Below are positions 22,321 through 33,229 of a stretch of 64,000 nt of DNA, piece after piece. Numbering within the stretch: position 1 is the first letter of the stretch; the number at the start of each line of letters is the position of its first letter. The stretch is from NCBI GenBank assembly GCA_010093745.1, contig MU005970.1:143549-207548 (forward strand), given 5' to 3'. The stretch comes from Piedraia hortae CBS 480.64 (lineage: Eukaryota). The notes beneath the pieces were generated by a model. That model was not told where the DNA came from. It did no database searches and worked only from the letters and a program-made list of their open reading frames with translations. The position numbers and the translations under genes were made by a program.

Positions 22321-24105
22321 TCAACAACTCCAAACCCCCACGCTCCCATCGTTTCTCCCCCCAACAAGAAACCCATCCTTAATCCTCACATCCGTAATCG
22401 CCGCATTACCACCACCACAATCCCACTGATTCGCATCCCCACGATCATATACCTTAACAACATTCTCCCCGGCAGCAGCAACAACCCTCCGTGCATCAAA
22501 CATCATCGCCGAGACCGGATGGTCATACGCATACGCATCGTATATCCCCCCTGTTCTGAGATCCCAGATCTGCCGTTAACGATTAGCATCAACCAACCAA
22601 CCAACCCAGTGGATGTCTTACCCTCACAGACCGATCCCAACTAGCCGTAACGATAAACATCTCATCAAACTGCAAGGCCGTTACGCCCGCCGTGTGTCCC
22701 ACAAGACTACGATGGACCATTCCACTTCTCAAATCCCAGAGTCTTACCATCCCGTCCGCGGTCCCACACGCCAACGCCGCGTCAAAAACCTGGAGTGCGC
22801 CGATAAATTCCCCCTCGCCGGTCCAGTCAGACGGGTTCGTAGGCCCGGAGTTGGCTGCTGCCGCAGCCCAAAGGACATCAAGCGTCTGCACGCACCGTCC
22901 ATTCTCAAGGTCCCATTGTCGAAGCGTCTTATCAGCTGAACCGGAGACGAGGGTGTTTCCTCTGAAGTTCAAAGCGGTGATGGCGTCGACGTGCGCGGAT
23001 AGGATGGTGGATTTATCTGTGGATTGGTCGGTGTCCTTGAGGGTGGCAAGGTCCCAGAGACGAATACTCGCGTCTGCGGAGCCGGTGGCTACGAGGTTAT
23101 CTTCGACTTGGAGACAGCGGACTCGGGAGAGGTGACCCTCGAGTTGGCCGTAACAGTGTCCACTGTTCAGGTCCCAGACGCGGACGGTATCGTCCCATGC
23201 CGCCGTGACCATTGTGCCGAAGGGGGAGTCGAAATCTAAGGCGGAGATGGCGTCCGGGTGGGTTTCCATCTCGCGGATTGAGGTTCCCGGGGCCATGTGT
23301 TCGTGGAGGATGGGTGCTGAGACGACGCGGCGGGGGGCTTTGCGTTTGGACTTTTGGGGGAGTTTTTCGTAGATGCTTTCCGACATGAAGTCGGTTTTCT
23401 CTTCGATATCGTCGTCGGGGGTTGACTGTGGTTGTTCGTCGAGCTCACGCTCTAGTTCGCGCTCTTCACGCTCCAGGTCGGCGAGTCGCTGTAATGCCTC
23501 CTCTCGCATCTTCTGGAGGACTTGGATTTTGCTGTCCAATTCGCGCATCTGGCTGACGCACATCGTCTTCCGTACCGCCATCATATGTAGCCGACTGTCT
23601 GGCGTTCCGTTCGAGCCTTGGGTGATCAGTTTCCTGCTCCCACGCCGCCCGTGACCTTTCTTCCTCCTCCCACGCTCCTCTTCTTCCTCTGGCATGCTGG
23701 CGCGGAACCCGTCTAGAAGGCTGTAAGAGACACTACTCTCTGGTACCGCGCGGAGTAGCTCATCCGGGACAGAAAAGCGCGCAGCCTCGAGTCCTTCCAG
23801 CGGCGGGCCGAACGTACGACGCATGAGCTCACGCGGGTGCGAGGCAAGGGAAAACACGCCGCGTTGAACAGCCGGTCGTCGCACCGAGGAATGCAGACTA
23901 GTCAATGCACTCCGATATGCATCTGTCTGACCTTCGCGGCTCGCCAGAAGCTGCGTCGCTGTCGCCTGCACCGTGCGGCCGATCGCTTCGATCTGTCGCG
24001 TCTGCGAGGTTAGTTAGGATTACCTCCGGCATGGTTGCTACGCACATTGATGAACCCGTCGCCATCGTCGTCAAAGGCTTCGCCGGGCGACGGACTGCGT
24101 TCCAT
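22321..24105 (-). CDS. MDV1: mitochondrial division protein Mdv1/Caf4 (coiled coil + WD40)
   Basis: [11 protein letters not shown], 44-nt intron, then [15 protein letters not shown]. Contains [21 protein letters not shown] and [23 protein letters not shown] terminal intron leads to IWDLRTG...DGSVGVWSC*. Confidence 0.9.
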
Positions 24106-24144
24106 GGGTGTTTCGCAGTTGGGTAAGTCGCGTGTAGAAACTTT

Positions 24145-24154
24145 GTCACGTGAC
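24145..24154. promoter_or_regulatory. GTCACGTGAC palindrome (E-box) in the 94-bp gap upstream of MDV1
   Basis: Perfect palindrome about 40 bp upstream of the MDV1 ATG. Confidence 0.5.
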
Positions 24155-24199
24155 GTGGATGCAGCATGACGTATTTGGCTACAGGCTACGTAAACGTAA

Positions 24200-25648
24200 T
24201 TACGACTCAAACTCCTTTACCGCAGATTTTTTGCCAGAGAGCGCCAGGGGAACGATGCCCGACACGTGCATTTCAGGTCCGTAGACGTGCATGTTGAGGC
24301 CGAGTTCTTGGCCTACCGCCTTGATGTTCTTGAGACCTTCTTGGTAGTTGGGCCCCGCACGACGGACCCAGATCTGGACGTGATGTTCAACCAGTAGCGG
24401 TGCAACCTCGCGAAGGGCACGGATGACTCCCTTGAACGTGCTGGCTACATTTGTGAAGTTGGCGATACCTCCGCCGATGAAGAGGACTTTGCCCTCGGGA
24501 GGCGTAGGTGCGCGCAGCATGAGATCGAGGACGGTGCGAGCGTAGTGATACGTCTGAGTCTCGGTCGGGGCTCCCGAGTACTCGCCGTAGTTGGCCAGTT
24601 CAGAGGCAAACCCGGCTGATGCAATGGCATCGGCGTATACCACCGACGCACCACCACCGGCAACCAGCGTCCAGATGCGGCCTTGGGCGTTGAGCACAGT
24701 CAGCTTAAGCGACGCACCAGTCTTGGCATCCATCTCGGCGATGTAGGCCTCCTCCTTGCTGAGCTCTCGGCCAAACGGAGCAGGGAACTCCATTGGGGGC
24801 CCAGCATCGATGGTGACCTTTGAATCCGCAGCGGGCGTAATGCCTAATGCAGCGGGCGAACGAGCAATGGCCCACTTGACTCCACACTCAAACTCTGCCG
24901 TCTGATCGAGCTTGGCGGCCAGATCGAGAAAGTGGACGTCAGCGCCGGTAACGTCCTTGTTGGGGATGACGACAAGGGGGTTGATTTCGAGGTAAGTAAA
25001 CTGACACTCGACATACACGGCATATAGACGCGTGATGAAGTCGACAAGGACATTGTGGATGCCCTTGGGGACGTGGGACAGCAGCTGCTTGGCAATCTGC
25101 TCGTTGCTGGGGTACTCTGAGAGATCTACGGGCACGAGCATCTTCTCGGCCTTGGAATCAACGTCTCCCACGTCAATGCCACCCTCGTGGTAAAAGAGGA
25201 TCCAATCGCCTTCGCGCACCGAGTGAATGTTGACATAGTACTCCGTCTCTTGTTCGTGCGGCACAAATGGCTCGACGAGGAAGTTGCGCAGCTTGCCCTC
25301 GACTGTCTCGACTGTCTGCGTCTTGTTGGCCCGGGCCGCAATCCATTCGCGCGCCTCCGGCCACGTTGCGTTGAGCTTCAGCAGCCCAGACTTGCCGCGT
25401 CTCTTGATTAATTGATCGGGTTTGGCCACAAACTTGGCGCCGGACTTGCTGAGGAATGGGTACGTCTTCTCCGCTGCGTCAAGCACGGCTTCGACATCAT
25501 CTCCGTCCTGGAAGGTGATGGTAGCAAGCTTGGCCGGCGGGTTGTGGGCTGGAGGCGGCAGCGGCGAGGGTTTGATGGGCTCAGCACGGGTGAGGTGGTA
25601 GTTGAGAATGGCCTTGCCATCGGCCTCGTAGATTGATTTTGCAGCCAT
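24200..25648 (-). CDS. ACL2: ATP-citrate lyase, ATP-grasp subunit
   Basis: MAAKSIYEADGKAIL, KPDQLIKRRGKSGL, LEINPLVV, VAGGGASVVYAD, ANYGEYSGAP. Confidence 0.97.
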   Translation of the reverse strand: MAAKSIYEADGKAILNYHLTRAEPIKPSPLPPPAHNPPAKLATITFQDGDDVEAVLDAAEKTYPFLSKSGAKFVAKPDQLIKRRGKSGLLKLNATWPEAREWIAARANKTQTVETVEGKLRNFLVEPFVPHEQETEYYVNIHSVREGDWILFYHEGGIDVGDVDSKAEKMLVPVDLSEYPSNEQIAKQLLSHVPKGIHNVLVDFITRLYAVYVECQFTYLEINPLVVIPNKDVTGADVHFLDLAAKLDQTAEFECGVKWAIARSPAALGITPAADSKVTIDAGPPMEFPAPFGRELSKEEAYIAEMDAKTGASLKLTVLNAQGRIWTLVAGGGASVVYADAIASAGFASELANYGEYSGAPTETQTYHYARTVLDLMLRAPTPPEGKVLFIGGGIANFTNVASTFKGVIRALREVAPLLVEHHVQIWVRRAGPNYQEGLKNIKAVGQELGLNMHVYGPEMHVSGIVPLALSGKKSAVKEFES

Positions 25649-25737
25649 TGCGAGGGGAAGAAGAGAGAAGACGAGCTTGACAAAAGCCTGGGAAGCAGGT
25701 TCTGGATCTAGCTGGCGGCCCCTAAATTTTTTGGTGT

Positions 25738-25750
25738 GGGGGGGGGGGGG
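25738..25750. repeat. G13 homopolymer in the ACL2-ACL1 bidirectional promoter
   Basis: Direct reading. Confidence 0.85.
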
Positions 25751-26053
25751 ACGGGCTGACCGACCGTTGAGTGTTGGGTGGCTTTGATAAAGTGTCTTGG
25801 GGCACTCAGCTATCAGTCAGGGGATCGCAGCTGTCTGTCAAGTCACTCAATTTAGTCCCCACCTTGGTGGAGCCTTAATCAATTTCAGCCAAATCCTCAG
25901 CCCGGAACTTTAAACACGGAAAAAGGATTCGGAGCGCATCCAAGAATTTCTTCCTTCACCCGCAGGGACGCCTTCAGCTAATTCCTTAGCTCTTGCACTC
26001 CCCAGGCCCGCTGTCTCCGGTGCTCTTCCGTTCTCTCTCCCACTCTGCCCATC

Positions 26054-28003
26054 ATGCCCTCCCAGAACGACAACATCCAGCGCTTCACCACCTCCCCCGG
26101 GCCCCATACGCCCCAGCCCCGGCACACCCTCTTCCACCCCAAGACAAGATGCTTCGTCTACGGCCTCCAGCCGCGTGCAGTGCAGGGTATGCTTGACTTT
26201 GACTTCATCTGCAAGCGCAAAACGCCGTCGGTGGCCGGAATCATCTACACCTTCGGCGGCCAGTTTGTGAGCAAAATGTACTGGGGAACGTCGGAGACGC
26301 TGCTCCCCGTCTACCAGTCTACGGAGAAGGCCATTGCCAAGCACGCTGATGTTGACACTGTCGTCAACTTTGCGTCGTCCCGTTCGGTGTACCAGTCCAC
26401 CATGGAGCTCATGGAATACCCCCAGATTCGCTGCATTGCCATCATTGCTGAGGGCGTGCCCGAACGTCGTGCTCGTGAGATCCTGCACGTTGCCCAGAAG
26501 AAGGGCGTGACCATCATTGGGCCCGCGACCGTCGGTGGAATCAAGCCTGGTGCCTTCAAGATTGGCAACACTGGCGGTATGATGGACAACATTGTGGCCT
26601 CGAAGCTGTACCGCCCTGGCTCTGTTGCCTACGTGTCCAAGTCTGGTGGCATGTCCAACGAGCTGAACAACATTGTAGCTCAGAATACTGACGGCGTGGC
26701 CGAGGGCATTGCCATCGGTGGTGATCGTTACCCCGGAACCACCTTCATCGACCACATGCTCCGTTTTCAGCAGGACCCCGACGTGAAGATCCTACTGATG
26801 CTGGGCGAAGTCGGCGGTGTGGAGGAGTACCGCGTGGTCGAGGCCGTCAAGAACGGCACCATCACTAAGCCCGTAGTTGCCTGGGCCATAGGCACTGTTG
26901 CCGGTATGCTGAAGACCGAGGTTCAGTTTGGTCACGCCGGCTCTTTTGCCAACTCGCAAATGGAGACGGCTGCCATGAAGAACCGCACAATGCGTGAGGC
27001 TGGAATCCACGTACCTGACACGTTTGAGGATCTGCCTGATGTGCTGGCACGCGTCTACAAAGACCTCGTCAGCAAGGGCACCATCCAGCCCAAGCCCGAG
27101 CCTGCCGTGCCCAAGATCCCCATTGACTATTCCTGGGCCCAGGAACTCGGCCTTATCCGCAAACCTGCTGCCTTCATCTCCACCATTTCCGACGATCGAG
27201 GCCAGGAGCTGCTCTATGCTGGCATGCCCATCTCTGACGTGTTCCGCGAGAACATTGGCATTGGCGGTGTCATGTCTCTGCTCTGGTTCCGTCGCCGTCT
27301 GCCGGACTATGCCGGTCGCTTCCTTGAGATGGTTCTCATGCTGACGGCTGACCATGGTCCTGCCGTCTCTGGTGCTATGAACACCATCATCACCACACGT
27401 GCTGGTAAAGATCTCATTTCCGCCCTCGTCTCTGGTCTTTTGACCATTGGCTCACGTTTCGGTGGTGCCCTCGACGGAGCTGCCGAGGAATTCACTAAGG
27501 CCTACGACAAGGGCCTCAGCCCACGCGACTTTGTCGACACGATGCGCAAGGAAAACAAGCTCATTCCCGGCATTGGTCACCGTGTCAAGTCTCGCAACAA
27601 CCCTGACCTGCGTGTCTCGCTCGTGCGCGAGTACTGCCAGAAACACTTCCCCTCGACCAAGCTGCTCGACTACGCTGTGGCTGTCGAAACCGTTACGACG
27701 TCTAAGAAAGATAATCTGATTCTCAACGTCGATGGCTGCATTGCAGTCTGTTTTGTTGATTTGCTACGCAACTGTGGTGCTTTCTCTGCAGAAGAAGCCG
27801 AAGACTACCTACGCATGGGTGTGCTCAATGGTCTCTTCGTTCTCGGCCGTTCAATCGGTCTTATTGCCCACTTCCTGGACCAGAAGAGGCTACGCACTGG
27901 TCTGTACCGCCACCCATGGGACGACATTACCTACCTCCTCCCCGAGCTGGGACGTGGCGCACCCGGAAACGAGGGACGGGTGGAGGTGAATTTGGGGCAC
28001 TAG
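26054..28003 (+). CDS. ACL1: ATP-citrate lyase, CoA-binding/citryl-CoA lyase subunit
   Basis: [29 protein letters not shown], phospho-His motif [30 protein letters not shown]. Divergent from ACL2, as is typical of filamentous ascomycetes. Confidence 0.97.
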   Translation: MPSQNDNIQRFTTSPGPHTPQPRHTLFHPKTRCFVYGLQPRAVQGMLDFDFICKRKTPSVAGIIYTFGGQFVSKMYWGTSETLLPVYQSTEKAIAKHADVDTVVNFASSRSVYQSTMELMEYPQIRCIAIIAEGVPERRAREILHVAQKKGVTIIGPATVGGIKPGAFKIGNTGGMMDNIVASKLYRPGSVAYVSKSGGMSNELNNIVAQNTDGVAEGIAIGGDRYPGTTFIDHMLRFQQDPDVKILLMLGEVGGVEEYRVVEAVKNGTITKPVVAWAIGTVAGMLKTEVQFGHAGSFANSQMETAAMKNRTMREAGIHVPDTFEDLPDVLARVYKDLVSKGTIQPKPEPAVPKIPIDYSWAQELGLIRKPAAFISTISDDRGQELLYAGMPISDVFRENIGIGGVMSLLWFRRRLPDYAGRFLEMVLMLTADHGPAVSGAMNTIITTRAGKDLISALVSGLLTIGSRFGGALDGAAEEFTKAYDKGLSPRDFVDTMRKENKLIPGIGHRVKSRNNPDLRVSLVREYCQKHFPSTKLLDYAVAVETVTTSKKDNLILNVDGCIAVCFVDLLRNCGAFSAEEAEDYLRMGVLNGLFVLGRSIGLIAHFLDQKRLRTGLYRHPWDDITYLLPELGRGAPGNEGRVEVNLGH

Positions 28004-28109
28004 TGTACTCTATAAATAGTTTCTGCATGCGGTACGCTTGCCAGGAAAGGCAACTACCAACGTCACTTCGTGTCACTACCTCGTATAGCAACACGATGTG
28101 AGCGAATCG

Positions 28110-30602
28110 ATGGATCATTTGGGTCCTGTCGACGCCGCTCCTCCAGATACGATTGCCGATGTTGATGTCGAACCCCGAATTCGACCGGAGTCTCCCCGTA
28201 AGATTAAAAAAGAAGTGCGAGAAGCGAATGTGGAAGACGAAGATGATAGACCGTTATCCCAGTTGACGCTCTACGAGACTCCAGCTCGATACTGGGTAAC
28301 CGGAACCGATGTTCGCGAACGTCGTCATCGAGTTCTCCGCATCGACCGCACCTCTCCGCCGGGGGAGATCGGGTTGTTCGAGGATGAGACAACGTATAGT
28401 CGCGATGAAATGCGCGCGCTTCTTTCCAGCATGGACGAAGGGAATCGTTCATCTGGCGGACTCCGATTGAAATGTTACTTTTGGGCTTTGCTTGGGTTCA
28501 TCCGATTTACCGAGTCCTACTACATGCTGATTGTAACCAAGCGCCGTCAAGTGGCCAGTGTGGGAGGCCACAGCGTTTATCAGATTGCCGGTACAGAACT
28601 AATTCCCTTGACTTCTGGGTCTGGGCCGCGCTTTGGACGCAATGCTGATGAGACTCGATTCCGCACAATCATGGGCAATCTGGATCTGACACGACACTTT
28701 TACTTTTCGCCCATGTATGACATTACAAACACGCTACAGACGAATATGATGCGTGGCCAGGGTAATCAGTCAGGCGATGAGGAACTCCACCGCGAGATGT
28801 TTGTATGGAATGACCATCTACTCCAGCCGGCGATGGTGTTGAAGCGGCTATGGGTGTGGTGTCGTCCAATCATTCACGGGTTCATCGATCAGATGGCTCT
28901 TGATGTACTCGGACGTCGTGTGTACATCACCATCATTGCCCGTCGTTCTCGTTTCTTTGCTGGTGCCCGTTTTCTCAAGCGCGGTGTCAATGACCGTGGC
29001 CATGTAGCGAACGATGTTGAGACGGAGCAAATAGTGGCAGAAAAGCTGACGACTTCTTTCCATGCCACCAATCATCCATATGCCAATCCAACTTACTCGT
29101 CATATGTTCAACATCGTGGCAGCATCCCGTTATCCTGGACGCAGGATGCCAGCGGCGTTACACCAAAGCCAGACATCGAGCTGAATGCGGCCGATCCGTT
29201 TTGTCAAGCGGCTGCCCTGCACTTTGACGACCTCTTTGGGCGGTACGGTGCTCCGGTCATTGTCTTGAACCTCATCAAATCGCGGGAGCGCATGCCTCGA
29301 GAGTCGAAATTGTTGGGTGAATTTGAGCGCACCGTGCGGTATCTCAACCAGTCGCTTCCTGCCAACCGTGAGATTGAGTATCGCGCATACGATATGAGCC
29401 GAATCTCCAAAACACGCGGCGGCGATGTCATTGGGGGTCTGGAAACCATTGCCCGCGACTTACTTGTAAGAACGAGCATATTTCACAACGGTGGGCCGAA
29501 TGCCCGCATTCAAAACGGCGTCGTCCGTACAAACTGTATAGACTGTCTGGACAGGACCAATGCAGCACAGTTCATCATTGGCAAACGAGCCATGGTTGAG
29601 CAGCTCCGCGCACTTGGCTTGTTCGACGGGCAAGAGTTGGATTTTGACAGCGGTGCTGTAGAAGCCTTCACACGCATGTTCCACAATCACGGTGATACCA
29701 TCGCCGTCCAATACGGAGGATCACAGTTGGTAAACACCTTGTCCACCTACCGCAAAATCAACCAATGGCAGGGCCATTCAAGGGACATGTTTGAGAGCTT
29801 TAAACGCTACTACCACAATTCCTTCCTCGACGCTCAACGGCAAGAAGCCATCAACCTATTCCTGGGCAACTACATTTTCACCCCCGGAGGCCCCATGCTC
29901 TGGGACCTAGCCACAGACCTACCCTTACACCAAACCCACCCCCGCGAACGCGGCGTAGCAAGACGTAGCTACATCCACTGGTTCACGCCCGAACACCTCC
30001 GTCCACGCGAACTAGGGACCCGCCACGGCGAAGCCAATGACTGCTACTGGGTGGAATACTACCGTCCACGCATCGTATCAAGCTTGGAAAAAACCTTTGC
30101 GTACAAGCTCAACTCGGAGCAAAGAGTCGAAGGCTGTACCCCGTTCGAGTGCAAAGATGGCAAGTCCGCTAGCAATACCGCTGAGAAACATCCACCCCCC
30201 GCACAAGCCGAAGAAGCAGCCTCCCTCGCCCTTCCGGTCCCTGCACCCGCCGCCCTCCCGCCTTTAGTCTTAGAGCCGTCAGTCTCCCACTTCGAAGCGA
30301 GTGAGTACAAAAGATACATTGCCCATCCCCTGCACCTGCAGATTGTCACCTCGCATTTACCAGAGGATGGACAGCGGAATTTGGAGCTCGGACTGGATCT
30401 GGGGGTTGATTTGCCGGTTGTGGATATGAAAATTGAGGCGGAGGCGAGTGAGAAATTGGAGAATTTTGGGGAGAAGGAGGAGGAGTTTAGGGATTGGTTG
30501 GTGATTGGTGAGGAAGGACTGAGTGTGACGGAGGCGGATAGGGAGAAGAAGAGGTATAAAGCTTATAGACAGTGGTTGAGGGGGAAGAGTTTGTTTGTTT
30601 GA
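28110..30602 (+). CDS. FIG4: SAC-domain polyphosphoinositide phosphatase Fig4
   Basis: ARRSRFFAGARFLKRGVN.RGHVANDVETEQ, QHRGSIPL, catalytic RTNCIDCLDRTN, QYGGSQLVNT, C-terminal KKRYKAYRQWL.GKS. Confidence 0.93.
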   Translation: MDHLGPVDAAPPDTIADVDVEPRIRPESPRKIKKEVREANVEDEDDRPLSQLTLYETPARYWVTGTDVRERRHRVLRIDRTSPPGEIGLFEDETTYSRDEMRALLSSMDEGNRSSGGLRLKCYFWALLGFIRFTESYYMLIVTKRRQVASVGGHSVYQIAGTELIPLTSGSGPRFGRNADETRFRTIMGNLDLTRHFYFSPMYDITNTLQTNMMRGQGNQSGDEELHREMFVWNDHLLQPAMVLKRLWVWCRPIIHGFIDQMALDVLGRRVYITIIARRSRFFAGARFLKRGVNDRGHVANDVETEQIVAEKLTTSFHATNHPYANPTYSSYVQHRGSIPLSWTQDASGVTPKPDIELNAADPFCQAAALHFDDLFGRYGAPVIVLNLIKSRERMPRESKLLGEFERTVRYLNQSLPANREIEYRAYDMSRISKTRGGDVIGGLETIARDLLVRTSIFHNGGPNARIQNGVVRTNCIDCLDRTNAAQFIIGKRAMVEQLRALGLFDGQELDFDSGAVEAFTRMFHNHGDTIAVQYGGSQLVNTLSTYRKINQWQGHSRDMFESFKRYYHNSFLDAQRQEAINLFLGNYIFTPGGPMLWDLATDLPLHQTHPRERGVARRSYIHWFTPEHLRPRELGTRHGEANDCYWVEYYRPRIVSSLEKTFAYKLNSEQRVEGCTPFECKDGKSASNTAEKHPPPAQAEEAASLALPVPAPAALPPLVLEPSVSHFEASEYKRYIAHPLHLQIVTSHLPEDGQRNLELGLDLGVDLPVVDMKIEAEASEKLENFGEKEEEFRDWLVIGEEGLSVTEADREKKRYKAYRQWLRGKSLFV

Positions 30603-31373
30603 AATAGGGACTGAATGGCACGACGGGTGGGATCGAGTGATCCGTTGAGGAGGATCATGGAACGATGAGTACAAGAACTAGCCTATAAAATAAGGGTAAA
30701 CGATGTCCTTGTGAAGGCTTCCAGCACGGCTATGCTATGGTTGACTCTGCTGCAACTGTTGAGGTTAATATGAGGTGGACGCGGGGCGGGATCTCCCCAC
30801 GGCGCAAAACCCGTTTGATCCACCGCTCCAGCTATACTGCCGTAGATGGGAAAAGCGCTGAGCTATTGCAATCAAGTGGTAAGATGGCTGTACGTCCCCC
30901 CTCGTCTACCTACTTCTCGTGGGCTGCCAGAGACCATTCTGCCGAGGTGTCCTGCACACTAGGCTGTGCAGTTGCCGTTGCGCCCGTGAGCGTGCTGAGA
31001 AAGCACGAGTACCCGTCGCATAGATCTGAGAAAGGCTACATCCAGAATATTCCATGAGTTGGAGTGTGACAAGGCATTGGATTGATCCTCCTGTGCACGG
31101 TGGGATGGAAGGGCGGATTATCAGCTCTGATAAGATGCCGTCAGCTTACCCAGAGAAAAACAATGGCAAAGAAGGCTCCGCCACTTGGCCCCAGGATGAT
31201 TATGGCCCATAGCATCGTGCTGGGTCCAGAAGCTCCGCAAGGCTGGATCCTTCGGCGCTTTAGGAACACCCCGGTATCATTCCACCACTTTCAAGCCTTG
31301 TTCGCTAGCTCGTAGGGGATCGGGATTTTCAAAACAATGACTCTTTCTTCCAGCCACCTACCTACTGCCTATC

Positions 31374-33078
31374 ATGAGGCTACCAACGGCCTTGTTCGCT
31401 GCCGGAGCGCTGGCCCTGCCTGAGCTGTCCGTCTCAAAACTCGACCACCGGCTGCAAAAGTCCCATCTCACTCGTGGTACGCATAGCGCTGCCTTGTCAT
31501 GATAGCAGCCTCGTCTAATTCCACTCAGGTGTCCTAAAGCGTGGATTCCTCGAAACGACAGTGTACGATGTTGAGACATGGACTAAAGCTGGAGCTTACT
31601 ATGTCAACCTCACTGTTGGATCGCCTCCCCAGGAACAGATTGTTTATATTTCGACAGAATCTTCGGGCTTTTATTTTGAAGCCTCATCATCAAATGCTTG
31701 CAAGGGCGAAGTTTCTTTCGTTGAGTGTCGCGCAGGCTCTTTTGATCCGAGGAAGTCAAGTTCTTACAGAGTGGTTAAGCCATCCTTAGCATTCAATTAC
31801 ACCAATTATCAAACAAATATAACGGGTCCTGTTGCCAGGGATGTCGTGGGTATCGGCGATTTGCGCATCAATGACGTGCAATTCGTCTTATTTGAGACTC
31901 ACGAAACGAAGGTGTGGGCTGCAGCGGGTACACTGGGCGTCGGATATTCAACATTAGATTCTCCGGACAAGTCTTACACCAACATGCCTGAACTCTTGCA
32001 AGCAGGAGGTGCCATAAACAGTCGCTTGTACTCGGTATACCTCGATGACGAAGCAACCACAGGCTCCATCCTCTTTGGTGGGATCGATGTATCAAGGTAC
32101 ACAGGACCACTGACGACGCTCAATCTAATCCCTCAAAACGGCTCCGACACCACAATCAAGAGGTTTATCACCACCATTACCGGTCTCAGTGCGGCTGTCG
32201 GCGACAACTTTACGACCTTTTATTCAGATGGACCAAGTGATAGTAGCGCCTGGGACGTCAACGCGTCCAGTTTACCTGTCGAACTATCGTTAAGCACCAC
32301 TGCATCCTGGTTTCCCGCAACTTACTTCAACAACTACATCAGGCCGGCATTTCCCTACATCGACGATTTTCTTACAGCCCCCTGTTCTGAGCGCAATCGT
32401 AACGACAGCCTGACTCTCACACTCGGAGGTGCAGCTCAAATCACCGTTCCGTTACGTGAGTTTCTAGTACCCGTTTACAATCCAGGCACATCACTGCCTA
32501 TCCCATACCAAGACACCCAAGAAGCGCTCTGCATGTTCCTTGTTCGCCCAGACTATGGCCTGTCATTGGACGCCCCAGTTCTCGGTGAGTCCATCCTTCG
32601 AAGCATGTACGTCGTCTACGATCTCGACAACGGCCAAGTGTCGGTCGCGCAAGCTCACATGAACGCGACCGAGAAGAAACAAATCGTCACCGTCGAAGCA
32701 GGCCCCTCGGGCGTTGCCAAGGCTGCAAATCAACATTCTTACATCAGCGCACCACAGCAGACTTATAGCATTGCCCCACCAATCCTGGATGCTAGCTCAA
32801 ACATACAGATCAGCACGGTCAAGAGTCCTATTGGCACGGCTACTGGTATTGCGGCGTTCCCTGCTAATGGGCGGCCCTCTGCGAGCAGTACCGTCCATGC
32901 ATCCGCTACTAGCAATGGAAATTCTGGGGCTGGCACCCGGGCGTCTAGTGCAGCTAGGTCCAGTACGTCCAGTACGTCCAGTACGTCCAAGAGCGCTGCT
33001 GTCGGCCGGGGGACGTGCTGTAGAGGAGTTGTCAGCTTGCTGAGCTTGGGGCTCGTTGCTGTGCTGGTGATAATATGA
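31374..33078 (+). CDS. secreted, probably GPI-anchored pepsin-family (A1, yapsin-like) protein with both catalytic Asp replaced
   Basis: Signal peptide MRLPTALFAAGALA, intron 31477-31528, KR site, YYVNLTVGSPPQ, GTLGVGY, LYSVYLDD, GSILFGGID.SRYTGPL, VLGESILRSMYVVYDLDNGQVSVAQA, then a Ser/Thr tail and hydrophobic C-terminus. The two DT/SG motifs read STES and SLST. Confidence 0.88.
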
Positions 33079-33229
33079 TGGGGATTACAACTAGAGCCCA
33101 CGCACGTCACATGTACAGGTACGAAATATGTAATATACCCCAAGCATACTCTTAGGGAAGCGCTAGTCCAGTGTTGATAGGCTATGTAGATTATAATGCC
33201 CAATACGATGGGTCAATCAAGTCCCAATG

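Noticed and set aside
25910..27355. Long antisense ORFs over ACL1 (and similar ones over UBA1, ARG82, VPS15)
   Set aside because: They are shadow ORFs expected from biased codon usage, with no independent motifs.
24200..28003. Divergent ACL2/ACL1 pair as a novel cluster
   Set aside because: This is a known, conserved arrangement in filamentous ascomycetes.
12963..30602. Apparent inositol/phosphoinositide cluster (ARG82, VPS15, FIG4)
   Set aside because: They are interspersed with unrelated housekeeping genes; proximity in a dense genome is enough to explain it.
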